In this document: piece by piece, positions 1 through 9,794 of the stretch
Layout of the letters: each line of letters begins with the position of its first letter
How positions within the stretch are numbered: the first letter of the stretch is position 1
Virus record (IMG/VR): IMGVR_UViG_3300045941_000233
Span: 1-64,000 of that record
From: a virus
Direction: 5' to 3' (one strand)
DNA: 64,000 bases
Translations under genes and position numbers: made by a program
The notes under the pieces: generated by a model
What the model saw: only the letters and a program-made list of their open reading frames with translations
What the model was told of the DNA's origin: nothing
Databases searched by the model: none

Positions 1-85
1 ATGCCGCGCGGATTATGGCCGCCGCGGCGCCGCTGGCTGTGGTACTGTCTCAGCATTGGTTTCCCCTTTCGATTTTTGGATCCAC

Positions 86-310
86 CTAGACCACTTTCAA
101 AAAACGCAAGTCGGCCGGCGCGAACCATTGTGTATCGTCGCCGTCAAGCCAAGCGTCTAAGCTTCCGCCGGCGATAGTGCGGCAGAGCTCATTGACCCCT
201 TGCATGCGCAGCATTGTTTCGCCGTCGAAACTTTCGACAGCAACCACTTTGCCGAGCCAGCCGGATTCAATCGACCGCGCATAGCGGCCGACATAGTTTG
301 TTGCTTGCAT
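86..310 (-). CDS. small hypothetical protein (early cluster 1)
   Basis: 74-aa ORF packed tightly with neighbours on the same strand. Confidence 0.7.
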   Translation of the reverse strand: MQATNYVGRYARSIESGWLGKVVAVESFDGETMLRMQGVNELCRTIAGGSLDAWLDGDDTQWFAPADLRFLKVV

Positions 311-313
311 AGT

Positions 314-541
314 TCATCCCGGGAATGGCCGCGGCGTTAGCCAGTCGGCCAAGTCTTTAAGTTGCTTTTGATTCATAAGCTTCAGACACTTCATAACGAC
401 CGGCGACAAGTCGCGCGACTTCATTGGCGCGAGCTCTTCGACGATATCGGCCCGTATTTTTTCAACCGCGGCGCGCCGCTCTTCGGTGCGCTTGCGCAGT
501 GATTCGTTCCATTCTTCGGCCGTCGGGTAAATGCGTTTCAT
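314..541 (-). CDS. small hypothetical protein
   Basis: Start moved to ATG at 541 (MKRIYPT), which overlaps the stop of the upstream gene. Confidence 0.6.
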   Translation of the reverse strand: MKRIYPTAEEWNESLRKRTEERRAAVEKIRADIVEELAPMKSRDLSPVVMKCLKLMNQKQLKDLADWLTPRPFPG

Positions 542-822
542 TGGTTCGCGCCTTTCGCGATTGTCGGCCGCCAGTCGCAAGCGTGGCCGCCGGTTGCTGG
601 GCAGAGCTCAATCAGTCGCGCAATGGATCCATAGCCACTTGCTACAAGCCAGTCGGCCCATTGCTGGGCGAGCTCTTGCGCGACTTCATACGTATATTTT
701 GCGGCGCGACTTGGCGCGCCAGTTTGCATAGCCGGCCGCCGGCCGGTTCTATCCCAGATTTCGAGCCAGCAATGCGGCGCCTGTCGCTCGCGAATTCGAA
801 TTGTGTATAGGCCGGTTTTCAT
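538..822 (-). CDS. small hypothetical protein
   Basis: Start moved to ATG at 822 (MKTGLYT), 8 nt downstream of the previous stop. Confidence 0.6.
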   Translation of the reverse strand: MKTGLYTIRIRERQAPHCWLEIWDRTGRRPAMQTGAPSRAAKYTYEVAQELAQQWADWLVASGYGSIARLIELCPATGGHACDWRPTIAKGANQ

Positions 823-830
823 TGGTGCAC

Positions 831-1229
831 CTAGAACGAATAGCCGGCCGCCTCGACGGCCCGCATTAGTTCCACCATTGCCGCATGCGGCACTTGCCAA
901 ACGCCACGATTGACAGTATCCGTGGCCGCAAATAGCGCGATGGCCGCCGCGGCGACAGATCCCGGCGCCGGCCCAATTGCCGGCGCCGGCGCCTCTTGTG
1001 TTTCGGTGGCCAAGCCGGCGGCAACCAACTTGCGCCAGCCGTCGGCCGACTCTGCCATATGCAGCCCCGAGCCGTATCGCATTGTCTGCCAGTGATAGTC
1101 GCGTTCTTCCATCGACACCCGCCGCACTTGCTTACCGCAAGTTTGGCCGGCATTGCCGAGCTCTTCGCGCGTGCTGAATCCGTCGTAGTCGGCCGGCGCG
1201 GTTGTGAATACAGTTATGCGATTTGACAT
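831..1229 (-). CDS. hypothetical protein
   Basis: 132-aa ORF preceded by a CCGAAAGGG-type RBS. Confidence 0.7.
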   Translation of the reverse strand: MSNRITVFTTAPADYDGFSTREELGNAGQTCGKQVRRVSMEERDYHWQTMRYGSGLHMAESADGWRKLVAAGLATETQEAPAPAIGPAPGSVAAAAIALFAATDTVNRGVWQVPHAAMVELMRAVEAAGYSF

Positions 1230-1247
1230 TGCCCTACCCTTTCGGTT

Positions 1248-1790
1248 CTAAAATGTCGAGATGCCGCGCTGGTTGCGCGATATCGAACAAGATTGTTCTT
1301 TAACTTCCAAAAATTCCGCGGTCATATCTTCCGGCCGCATGCCAGCCCGAGCCGCGGCCCAAACTTTGCGGCCGACTTCCGGCGACACCCGAGCGCGTAG
1401 GATAGTGACACCCTGGCGCCGCTGTTGGCCGTTCTTCCAAACTTGGAACATTACGCTATCAACCCGGCGATCGATGCCGGCCGGCGTCTTGGGCGATATT
1501 CGCAAGTGCGCGCCACCCTCGCGGCCGTCGCGGTCGTAGTGGTGAATTGCTTCGAATTGCCAAACGAGCTCGCCGACTTGGAAGGTATGCACGCCATTTT
1601 CGGCCGTGCTGGCTTCCCCCGCCTTATGCCGGCCGCTGCCTTTGCATGCGAAGCAGACACCATTGGCGATAGAAGCGTATCGATCGATACGGCCCGAGCC
1701 GCCGCACTTCCAACAGTCGCAATATTCGCCGGCGACTGTATTGTCGGCACTTTGGATTGACTCGACTGTCATTTTGGCAGTGGCTGTCAT
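1248..1790 (-). CDS. protein with DnaJ-type CxxCxGxG zinc finger
   Basis: CWKCGGSG...CFACKGSG; AAAGGG RBS; upstream promoter. Confidence 0.75.
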   Translation of the reverse strand: MTATAKMTVESIQSADNTVAGEYCDCWKCGGSGRIDRYASIANGVCFACKGSGRHKAGEASTAENGVHTFQVGELVWQFEAIHHYDRDGREGGAHLRISPKTPAGIDRRVDSVMFQVWKNGQQRRQGVTILRARVSPEVGRKVWAAARAGMRPEDMTAEFLEVKEQSCSISRNQRGISTF

Positions 1791-1814
1791 TTTGGCACCC
1801 TTTGGTTGCGTTGA

Positions 1815-1910
1815 TGCCAGTAATTCGCCGGCCGGCCGTCAATATTATACTGCCCCAAAATATTTTTTGGAACCAATAATATTGCATCTTGGCTGGCGAA
1901 TGCTACAATA
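1815..1910. promoter_or_regulatory. divergent sigma70-like promoter pair in an AT-rich island
   Basis: Minus strand AATA-TTGACG-17nt-TGGCAT; plus strand AATA-TTGCAT-16nt-TACAAT. Same design as the promoters at 30.8 and 31.5 kb. Confidence 0.65.
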
Positions 1911-1943
1911 ACAAAGCCGGCAAAACGCAACATCGAAAGGGGA

Positions 1944-2360
1944 ATGAAAATGCTAGTTGGCTCAACAATGCCGAAAATCGATCTGACCGCGGTCGCTATG
2001 ACGGCCGAAGAGAGGCAGATTGCCGAGCGTATTTTGAACAAAGGCGCCTTACGCGCCAGCAAGCCAGCGATTGCCTATACGACCTACGTCAACGAGCGCG
2101 GCCTGAAATTGCGGCAGCCTGACGATATTGGCGGCAAAGCCGCTTATGTTTGGCGCATGGTGGCCTTTACGCTGTCGCCAGTCGCGAAACACCATTGCAT
2201 GCCGTGCACGGCCGATTTCGATTTGCCCGAGCGCGATTACCAATTGCGGCGCCAGATGGCAAAGCAGCTTGATACGCTTGTTGACCGAATTATTGCCAGT
2301 GTTCCGAAGAGCCAGCAACACGGAACTATGCGGTGGGCGCGTGCCCTGGGATATGCCTAG
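1944..2360 (+). CDS. phage hypothetical protein
   Basis: TCGAAAGGGG RBS; 138 aa with AAYVWRMVAF...HHCMPCTADF. Confidence 0.75.
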   Translation: MKMLVGSTMPKIDLTAVAMTAEERQIAERILNKGALRASKPAIAYTTYVNERGLKLRQPDDIGGKAAYVWRMVAFTLSPVAKHHCMPCTADFDLPERDYQLRRQMAKQLDTLVDRIIASVPKSQQHGTMRWARALGYA

Positions 2361-2464
2361 GCGATTGCCCGCGGCGCGTGCTGTCGGCCGGCCTCTAGTG
2401 CTTGCCGAGCCGCCAGCCCGCCCGCGGCCGATTTCCGGCCGGTTTAATTCGAAAGGCGCAACCA

Positions 2465-2656
2465 ATGACAGAGCAACCAATACAGCTAGTTACTGGGAAG
2501 TTCTACGTTATCGACGTCTTCGGTGAGCCGGGGCGCCAGACAATAGCCGGCCCGTTTGATACGGCCGAGCAAGCCGAGCGCGAGCGCGAGGAAATAAACA
2601 TTGCCGACGATTGCATCGTCAGGCGCTATATCGGCAAGCCGCAAGCCGCCAAGTAG
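2465..2656 (+). CDS. small hypothetical protein
   Basis: ATG at 2465 follows TTCGAAAGG. Confidence 0.65.
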   Translation: MTEQPIQLVTGKFYVIDVFGEPGRQTIAGPFDTAEQAEREREEINIADDCIVRRYIGKPQAAK

Positions 2657-2740
2657 CCGCCCGCGCCACTGCCGCCGGTTAGATCCGTCGGCAAGCCCGC
2701 GGCCGACTTTGGCCGGTTCAAAATTCGAAAGGGGAAAACA

Positions 2741-3193
2741 ATGTCTGCCTTTGTAGTTACTCGCGAAACTATCAATTGTTGCGCGCATGCATGGTACGAC
2801 GATGACCGCCGGCCGGCATGCGAAGAGCTCGACAGCATCGGCCGCCAATTGTGGCGCATGAATGCCGACGCTGTAGCCGAGCGCTATCAAGAGCCGCCCG
2901 AGCCAACAGACGATTTTCGCTATCGGCCGGCCCTGTACTCGCCGGTTCAGCAATTCAAGGCGCTGTCTTGCTTGCTGTATCAATGCAGCGAGGGGGATAT
3001 CGATCAACGGCCGCTGTATAAGCAATTGGAAGAGCGGCGCAATGCGTTTGCCCGCGCTATCGTGATGGATTCGAAAGAATACGACGGCGCTCACTGGGAT
3101 ATGCCAGACAAGGCGCCGCCGGCCGCCAAGCCGGCCGCCAAGCCAAGCAAGCCGGCGGCCCCGAGCTCGCCGGCCGTGGATCCGAATTTTTAA
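2741..3193 (+). CDS. phage/plasmid hypothetical protein
   Basis: TTCGAAAGGGG RBS; MSAFVV...N..AV..RY...CLLYQCSE pattern; Pro/Ala-rich tail. Confidence 0.75.
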   Translation: MSAFVVTRETINCCAHAWYDDDRRPACEELDSIGRQLWRMNADAVAERYQEPPEPTDDFRYRPALYSPVQQFKALSCLLYQCSEGDIDQRPLYKQLEERRNAFARAIVMDSKEYDGAHWDMPDKAPPAAKPAAKPSKPAAPSSPAVDPNF

Positions 3194-3568
3194 CCTGTCG
3201 GCCTACCGCGGCCGACTATTTTGAGCCATTCCGGCCGGCGCGCTGGGCAGCGAAAGCTAAGGGCCTGATAGCCGGCCGGAATGGCAAGGGGGTTACAAAT
3301 GCGAATCAAGAGCCAACAGGCGGCCGATATGTTCCGCCGACGGTCGCGCCCGATATTTCGCTGCGCGCTGCCATTTGTCGGCGCCTCAACAATCAATGTC
3401 GAAGACGGCCGCGCGCTTATTTTTCCGGCCCGCGGCCGAGGGTGTTTGGTGGTCGATTGGTTTAGATTCTGCGCTTGGTTGCGCAAAAGGGGGATTAGGT
3501 AAGCCGGCCCGAGCTCGCCGGCCGCGGCGCCTTGCTGATTTCCGCCGGCCCGCGATACGCTCGCCGGC

Positions 3569-4306
3569 ATGCTACCGCTTTTAGAGATTGTCGCGCATGC
3601 CTGGCGCTATGAGCGCGCGTTGACTTTCCACCTGTCGGCGCTTGTGCTGTATCCGCCCGCGCATTGCCGAGCCCTGGCCGTTATCTATTACGCGCCCGAC
3701 GATTTGCCGGTTATCGATACCCTGAATTTTTTCGCGCGACTGCCGCGGCCGAGCTCGCCGCCGGCCGTGGAATTCGATTTTCGGCCGCTGGCGCCCGAGT
3801 TACTTTGCCGGCGCGCGATTGGCCGCAATATGGCCGCCCGGGAAACGCGCGCCGACTTCGTGCTATTCTCGGATGTGGATTATCTTTACGGCCCCGGCGC
3901 GCTCGATTCCGCGGCCGAGAAGCTTGCGGAAGCGAACCAAAACGGCCCGAAGTGCTGCTACTCCATCTATCTGCAGTCGTCGATCGACCACGCCGCCGGC
4001 GATGCCGAGCTCGCCCGCGTTGACCGGCCGCAGGTTATCGCCGTCGATCCGTCCCAGTACGAGCCGCAGCGACTGGTGACAGCCATCGGCGGTTCACAGT
4101 GGATCCCCGGCAGCCTGGCCCGGGAAAAGGGCTACCTGTCCGACGGCCACCGATACTTGCGGCCGGTTGATACCTGGCAGCGCACGTTTTGCGATGCGGC
4201 AGCGCGGCGCAACTGGCTGGCGCCGATCGTCGGCCTGGAAGTCCCGAACGTATATCGTTTACGACATAGCCTCCGCGGAAGATTCGACCGTGACTGCCGC
4301 AACTAA
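3569..4306 (+). CDS. GT-A fold glycosyltransferase-like protein
   Basis: R.IGRN.AA..T.AD.VLFSDVDY (DxD motif typical of GT2-like enzymes). Confidence 0.7.
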   Translation: MLPLLEIVAHAWRYERALTFHLSALVLYPPAHCRALAVIYYAPDDLPVIDTLNFFARLPRPSSPPAVEFDFRPLAPELLCRRAIGRNMAARETRADFVLFSDVDYLYGPGALDSAAEKLAEANQNGPKCCYSIYLQSSIDHAAGDAELARVDRPQVIAVDPSQYEPQRLVTAIGGSQWIPGSLAREKGYLSDGHRYLRPVDTWQRTFCDAAARRNWLAPIVGLEVPNVYRLRHSLRGRFDRDCRN

Positions 4307-4997
4307 AATCCGCTGGGGTGTCGGAATTCTGACCGCTCCGCGCTCGCAGCTTACCGTCACGCAAGCGATAACAGCCCTCATTGCCGCCGGATGGCCGCCG
4401 GAAGAGCACACTATTTTCATCGATGCCGTTCGCTCCGGTTGCTATCGTGGCTGGAAGTCGATGGCCGCAAATCTGTTGGCCATTCATGGCAAGTCTGACT
4501 GGCTGCTGATGATCGAAGACGATTGCGTCCTGTCGGCCGGACTTCGCGAGTTCATCGAATCGACGGCCCCATACAATGCGGGTGCCTGGCATTCTCTCTA
4601 TTGCTCTTCCGGGCTTCACTCCAAAAACGAAGTCGGCTGGCGATGCGTCCAGACGCCGCGGCAGTGCTGGGGCAGCGTGGCCTATATGGTCTCGCCGGCA
4701 CTTCTCAAAAAATTCCTGGACAATGCTCCGTATCCGACGTGGCGCGACGGAACGGATCGAGCCGTCGGCCAATTCTGCCGAGCCAGCAGAGTCCCCTACG
4801 TCATTCACTCACCGTCGCTCGCGAACCATATTGGCGAGATTTCGAGTCTTGACCAGCCTGGCGGAGTCGATCAAAACCGACGATGCAGTCATTGGGTGTC
4901 GAGCATAAGGAGAGATGAAGATGGGATTGGCTGGCGTTGGAAGGTGGCTGGGCTTGAGAATCGCGAATCTGTGGAAGCCAAAGTCGTCATCCAGTGA
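4290..4997 (+). CDS. glycosyltransferase-like protein (GT-A; GT25-like motifs)
   Basis: WLLMIEDDCVL and PSLANHIGEISS; GTG start overlaps the upstream gene. Confidence 0.65.
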   Translation: MTAATKIRWGVGILTAPRSQLTVTQAITALIAAGWPPEEHTIFIDAVRSGCYRGWKSMAANLLAIHGKSDWLLMIEDDCVLSAGLREFIESTAPYNAGAWHSLYCSSGLHSKNEVGWRCVQTPRQCWGSVAYMVSPALLKKFLDNAPYPTWRDGTDRAVGQFCRASRVPYVIHSPSLANHIGEISSLDQPGGVDQNRRCSHWVSSIRRDEDGIGWRWKVAGLENRESVEAKVVIQ

Positions 4998-5228
4998 CCA
5001 AAACGGCTTCACGCTCCCGCCGGCCCCGGGAGGGTTTCAGCCGATCAAGATCCGTTCGGCGTTTCGCAATGTCGATCGCGAGGTGCGCATGATGGCAGTC
5101 CAGGGCCGCCACGTCGTTGTTCAGTCGTGCGACGACGGCCCGCAGATGATGACGCTGATTGACCGCGGAGCCGTGCATCAAGATTCGCTGGCGGCATTCG
5201 ACCGGTTTGTATCGTCGAAGCTGAAAGA

Positions 5229-6284
5229 CTAAGGCGCGTCGGCCCGCTGCCGGTCAGTCGCGGACGTCCTAGTCGCAGAGATGTATTGAGAGAGCCCGGT
5301 AGGGTTGACGTTCTCGTTCGTCATGTTGTCGTTGGTCATCGGTATGCCGGTCCTGGCGCCGATCGACACCCAAAGCGCATCGCTGTCTGAAATATTGGCG
5401 ATGGTCTTGTCCACCCAGACCGGATCAATGGGAGGCACTTCCCCGACTTTTTCGATTTTCCCAAGCAGAAGATAAATCGTCCCGGTTGCCGCCAGCGGCG
5501 CGTTGTTGTCGATGTAGATTCCTTCGACGTCGGACCCTGGATTGAAAAGAATCGTGATGCTGTTTTGTGCGGCGCCGAATTGCTGGCCGGTGCGGCCCAC
5601 GCCGCTATACGTCAGATCGACCGCGATTCCGCGATTGAGCTCGATGGGACTGCCGACGCGCTCTGGCATCCGGCGAATCTGAAATAACACCCCCTGCGCC
5701 CGAGCATTCGAGAATCCTGGCGGCAGGACGCCTATTGTCGGCGGCCGTACATACGGGTACTGCGCACCCTGCCGACGGAAAGTGTGCCATTCCCCGCCGA
5801 ATCCAAATTTCACTAGGAACATGGCCCCGTCCGGAATGATGCTCGCCAGAAAGGCCATCTCGTTCGCGTCGATCTGCGGCGGATACTGCGGTCCGACGAT
5901 CACGAAATAGTGACTGTTCGAACCGGGCGGCATTTCCTGGACCTTCGCCAGCGCGCTAGTCGTGCTCCCGCTGAAGGGTGGCGGATATTCCGCAAGCGTA
6001 CATTCCGTCGCCATCCGTATCGTTGGCCCGGCGCCAATCGGCCGCACGCATTTGAAGCTGACCCCGCACGGCCTATTTATCAGGACCGCCCTGGCACGCG
6101 CCATTTCGAAGTAGGCGGTTAGCTGCCGCGAGGCTTCCCTGGCCCGTCCGCCCTCAGTTACCCGTTTCACTGCCACCAAAGACAATGCAACCAGGATGGC
6201 CATAATGGCCACAACAATCAGTAATTCAATGAGCGTGTAAGCCGTCCGCTTCAATTGAACGTCCATTCGACTATCTGATTCCAT
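5229..6284 (-). CDS. prepilin-type N-terminal cleavage/methylation domain protein (FimT/GspH-like)
   Basis: KRTA-YTLIELLIVVAIMAILVAL class III signal, followed by AS.QL...ARARA; resembles planctomycete pseudopilins. Confidence 0.85.
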   Translation of the reverse strand: MESDSRMDVQLKRTAYTLIELLIVVAIMAILVALSLVAVKRVTEGGRAREASRQLTAYFEMARARAVLINRPCGVSFKCVRPIGAGPTIRMATECTLAEYPPPFSGSTTSALAKVQEMPPGSNSHYFVIVGPQYPPQIDANEMAFLASIIPDGAMFLVKFGFGGEWHTFRRQGAQYPYVRPPTIGVLPPGFSNARAQGVLFQIRRMPERVGSPIELNRGIAVDLTYSGVGRTGQQFGAAQNSITILFNPGSDVEGIYIDNNAPLAATGTIYLLLGKIEKVGEVPPIDPVWVDKTIANISDSDALWVSIGARTGIPMTNDNMTNENVNPTGLSQYISATRTSATDRQRADAP

Positions 6285-6403
6285 AGTCCTATGGCGGCAA
6301 AAACGCCGCCCACAATCGCCAAAGCCTGAAGCACCAACCCCTCCAATCTGCAGGGAAAGTTTTTGAAAAGCTATAGTATTATTCGCCGGCCAAGAAAAAA
6401 TAT

Positions 6404-7234
6404 TTATTGTGCGGCGTCACGACCCCGCGGAGGCGGCAAAACCCGCGGCATAATCGGCGCCACCGCAAATTGCCGCCGGTCCCCGTAGTGGGTCTCAAAT
6501 ATCTTGCGGCTGTGGCCCAAATAGTCATGTCCGCGGCCCGGGTGTTCGGCCTCAACGGCCGTGCCTGCGGTTTTCCGCAATCTCTTGAACGTCCCAGTCA
6601 GTCCGGCATCGTCCACGATCGCCGCAAACTCTCGGCGAAAATATTCTGCCGACTTGCCCCATTCCCAAATTGGGCCTGTGTTCGGTCGCGTACAGTCGAT
6701 CAGTTCGAGCAAGTCCAGCGGGATCCACACCAGCACCCGCTTGCCCGTTTTGTGCCGATTGAACGGTATCGCACCATTCTCTTGAATGTGCCGCCGCTCA
6801 AGGCGCTGCAAATCGACACGCTCCAAGCCGGTGTAGTAGGCCGCCAGTACAAGCGACATCCAATAGTCACGTTTTTCGGCACGTAGCCGATGGCAAGCTG
6901 CTACAAGTTCGGCCATTTCTGCGGCTGTCCATGCTTGCGGTTCGAGCTCTTCGAGCTTCACCGATCGAAGCGGTGACGGCAGCGGCGTGCCCCACAGATA
7001 GCGCAGTAACGCACCAAGCACGTTGCGGAGAGAGCGTCTGTAATAACTCGATCGACCCTCTGTTTGTTTTGCCAACAGGAATCGATTCACCATCTCCACT
7101 GTGAATTCTTTCGCTGGTAAATTATCTTTCGCCCACTTGGAAAAAACATTTACGCATCTCCTGTAGTGGTCCGCAGTCTCGGCCTCCACTTCATGCGTGA
7201 GTAGATATGTATCCAAAATTCTAAACAGAGGCAT
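6404..7234 (-). CDS. tyrosine recombinase / phage integrase
   Basis: YYTGL.R.DL, KTG, KRLRKT, YLGHS...THY; GAGG RBS before MPLFRIL at 7234. Confidence 0.85.
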   Translation of the reverse strand: MPLFRILDTYLLTHEVEAETADHYRRCVNVFSKWAKDNLPAKEFTVEMVNRFLLAKQTEGRSSYYRRSLRNVLGALLRYLWGTPLPSPLRSVKLEELEPQAWTAAEMAELVAACHRLRAEKRDYWMSLVLAAYYTGLERVDLQRLERRHIQENGAIPFNRHKTGKRVLVWIPLDLLELIDCTRPNTGPIWEWGKSAEYFRREFAAIVDDAGLTGTFKRLRKTAGTAVEAEHPGRGHDYLGHSRKIFETHYGDRRQFAVAPIMPRVLPPPRGRDAAQ

Positions 7235-7612
7235 TTCCTCACCTTCCCGCCTGAATGAAGGATCAATATAATCGTCGCGAGGACGAAATATTGCTAAGCT
7301 TGAGTTAAGGTCGCAAGTCGGAATTTGGAGGCTGTTTCGGGGAGAAGGATGCTTCAGCACGGTATTGTGCAAATAGACAGAATCGGAGTGATTCGGTGGC
7401 ATTGGTTCAGCGCCCCTCTTAGTGGCCAGGACTTTAATGGTTCAGGACTTTGGGAATGGGTCTGCGATCTTGATAGGCATCGCTGCCGCGCCGACGTCGG
7501 AATCGCGCTCACCGGTGGCGATGTTGGAGTGTGCGCTTACCGCCTCAACAAAAATATCTTTATCGCAGAGACATCTTTGCGAGTGCGGTTTTTTTGCACT
7601 TCCAACGAGGTA

Positions 7613-7843
7613 ATGCCGCTACAGGCAATCGCCTATATCGTCCCCGGCATACTCTCCGTCTTGTCGCCGCGGGAGCGCGACGTCGCGAAGCTCTTGCCGT
7701 TCTATTCCAGCAAGGAAATCGGCAAGCAGTTGAAGATAGCCCCGGGCACGGCCGAGACCGTTAGACAGCGATTGTCCGCCAAGGTTGGCCTGTCTGGACA
7801 CTCGCTGGTGAGTTGGTGCGCTGAGCACCGGGAAGTCATCTGA
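7613..7843 (+). CDS. LuxR-type helix-turn-helix protein
   Basis: LSPRERDVAKLL...SSKEIGKQLKIAPGTAET; GAGGT RBS before ATG 7613. Confidence 0.8.
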   Translation: MPLQAIAYIVPGILSVLSPRERDVAKLLPFYSSKEIGKQLKIAPGTAETVRQRLSAKVGLSGHSLVSWCAEHREVI

Positions 7844-8054
7844 ACGTCGCACTTGTAGGTCTCCTTGCGGCATCCATGCGACGCGCTTAGTGGTCCCCAC
7901 TACGTTCCATCTAATCCTCTGGCTACTTCGTGTAGCGAAAAACCTGGAAGCCAAGTGTTCAGTGGTTCCGTGCCGCATCGGAGTACGGAACCACAAAACA
8001 GTGTGTTTTTCATCGAAAAACCGACGTTATCTGCACAAGCATATGTCACGTTTT

Positions 8055-8127
8055 GCGCCCGTAGCTCAATGGACAGAGCGCCGGCCTACGGAGCCGGAGG
8101 TTGCAGGTTCGAGCCCTGCCGGGCGTG
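8055..8127 (+). tRNA. tRNA-Arg (anticodon ACG)
   Basis: Acceptor stem GCGCCCG/CGGGCGT; D-arm TAGCTCAATGGACAGAGC; anticodon arm CCGGC-CTACGGA-GCCGG; T-loop GGTTCGAGCC; no encoded CCA. Confidence 0.95.
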
Positions 8128-8331
8128 CTATTAGCACCTATCGGAAATATCGGAAAAACCTGGATTTGACGGCAGCGCGGCGGCCCCCGGGCCGGTGGTC
8201 AATTGGCGGTTTTTGCTCGATCGCGACAGGTTCGCCAACTGTCCACAGTGACAACCGCGCTTGCCGTCTTTTCCAGATTTTCCGTTTTTGCGTGATTTGA
8301 CGGGCATTTAAGTATCAGCTAATGTGGAGGA

Positions 8332-8592
8332 ATGCAAGTGACCGAACTTCAAAAATTCTGCAAAAACATTCGTTTCCTTGCTGAAATCCAGCATATTTCG
8401 CAGGAGCAATTGGCGGATTCTGCAGATATTACGACCACCCACCTGAACCGCATCCTCTGCGGCAACGTGCCGAACGTCAGTTTCAGGATTTGCTCGCAAT
8501 TGGCGTCCGCGCTGGGCCGTCAGCTAACCGATTTGCTCGTAGATCCGAGGGAGTTCATGTTGAGCTACGAGGAAACTGGGGCGGTTGCGTAA
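8332..8592 (+). CDS. XRE-family HTH transcriptional regulator
   Basis: ISQEQLADSADITTTHLNRIL.G...QLASALG. Confidence 0.85.
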   Translation: MQVTELQKFCKNIRFLAEIQHISQEQLADSADITTTHLNRILCGNVPNVSFRICSQLASALGRQLTDLLVDPREFMLSYEETGAVA

Positions 8593-8667
8593 AAAAATCT
8601 TTCGCTGTTTTCGCTGGGATTTTGCGGCATTTCCGTCGTTCGCCGCCAGAATTTTTCCCTAGTGGTA

Positions 8668-8695
8668 TTGACGGTACATTGTAGAGTCGTTTAAT
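8668..8695 (+). promoter_or_regulatory. promoter of the replication/recombination operon
   Basis: TTGACG-16nt-TTTAAT; shares a TTGTA..TCG spacer motif with the promoters at 39.67 and 43.3 kb. Confidence 0.55.
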
Positions 8696-8960
8696 TTGCT
8701 CCCCACGCTTGAATGACATGACGGATTGTCACCCGTCGGGCATTCAGGAAAAGCCTGTCGCGTCTTTCGGTCAAGCTGACCGGCCGGCGCGATGAAATCG
8801 TTCGTGCGGTTACGCATGCGCCCTGTCGGGTCTCCGGACCCAGCAACAGGCGACGGATCGCGGTTGAAGTGGATGTAGGGCCGTGTGCTCGCAAATGGGT
8901 TTAGTGCGCGCCGCCACGGGCGAGTGTCGGCGCGCACGTTTTTGCACGGAGGCTGCAAGG

Positions 8961-9152
8961 ATGCTCGTTTTGACACGGAAGGTAGGTCAGGAGCTGGTGA
9001 TTGAAGACGACATAGTCGTCAAGGTTACGCGGGTGAAAGGCAACATCGTGAAACTCGGTGTTTCCGCTCCCCGCGAGGTTAGGGTGCGGCGCGGCGAACT
9101 GCGACGTTTGCCGATTGCCGACGACGACAAGGACATAGACGAAAAACCGTAG
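8961..9152 (+). CDS. csrA: carbon storage regulator CsrA/RsmA homolog (copy 1)
   Basis: MLVLTRKVGQELVIEDDIVVKV...VKLGVSAPREVRVRRGE. Confidence 0.92.
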   Translation: MLVLTRKVGQELVIEDDIVVKVTRVKGNIVKLGVSAPREVRVRRGELRRLPIADDDKDIDEKP

Positions 9153-9275
9153 GCACGGAAATGCTCAGCGTGCTGCCAAGCGCAGATGGTACTCAACGCG
9201 TACCCGAGAGGGGATAGGGCAGGATTGTAGTCCCTACGTGCCTGCGGTGTTTCGTCAGCGACAAGGAGCCCGACG

Positions 9276-9788
9276 ATGGTACAGATCCCGATACGGGATG
9301 TGGCGACGACTGCGCCGGCGGCTGCTGAGGCGCCGGAAAATTTCGCGGCGGAGCTGAGCGAGATTGTTTGCCCGCTGACGGGCGAAATCGCCGACGTCAA
9401 AGACGCCGACGGATTGATCGACTTATTCGAGCGTCTGAAGGAAAAGAATGACGCTATCTATGCGGCGATGCTTCGCTGCCGGACGGCCCTGTCCGAGCTG
9501 ACGGAAGGCGACGCCGCCACCCGCCGGGTTCGCGGCAAGCGACGCGCGGCCAAGATCGAAATGCCGAAAGTCAGTTTCGAGCAGTCTGTGCTCAAGGAGT
9601 TGTGGAATTCGCACCCCGAGCTGGCTGTTGAGTATCTGAAGATCGAATCAATTGGCGTCCAAATGACGCCGTACAAGAAGCTAGTCAACACGACTGGCAC
9701 TGGCGCCGACTTCAAATATTTTCGCGATGCACTGACGGCCGCCTGTCGCGGCCGCGCCGGTACGCCGAGTGTCACGGTGGAGCAATAA
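9276..9788 (+). CDS. hypothetical protein (N-terminus MVQIP)
   Basis: ACAAGGAG RBS; 170 aa. Confidence 0.75.
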   Translation: MVQIPIRDVATTAPAAAEAPENFAAELSEIVCPLTGEIADVKDADGLIDLFERLKEKNDAIYAAMLRCRTALSELTEGDAATRRVRGKRRAAKIEMPKVSFEQSVLKELWNSHPELAVEYLKIESIGVQMTPYKKLVNTTGTGADFKYFRDALTAACRGRAGTPSVTVEQ

Positions 9789-9794
9789 GCGGCA

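Noticed and set aside
2681-2692. AGATCCGTCGGC shared with the intergenic region at 29242
   Set aside because: Only two 12-nt copies, in opposite orientation relative to transcription; too weak on its own.
8055-8127. tRNA as the prophage boundary with host DNA on the left
   Set aside because: Genes at 1-3.5 kb share promoters, RBS and motifs with the 27-34 kb phage cluster, so the left side also looks like phage.
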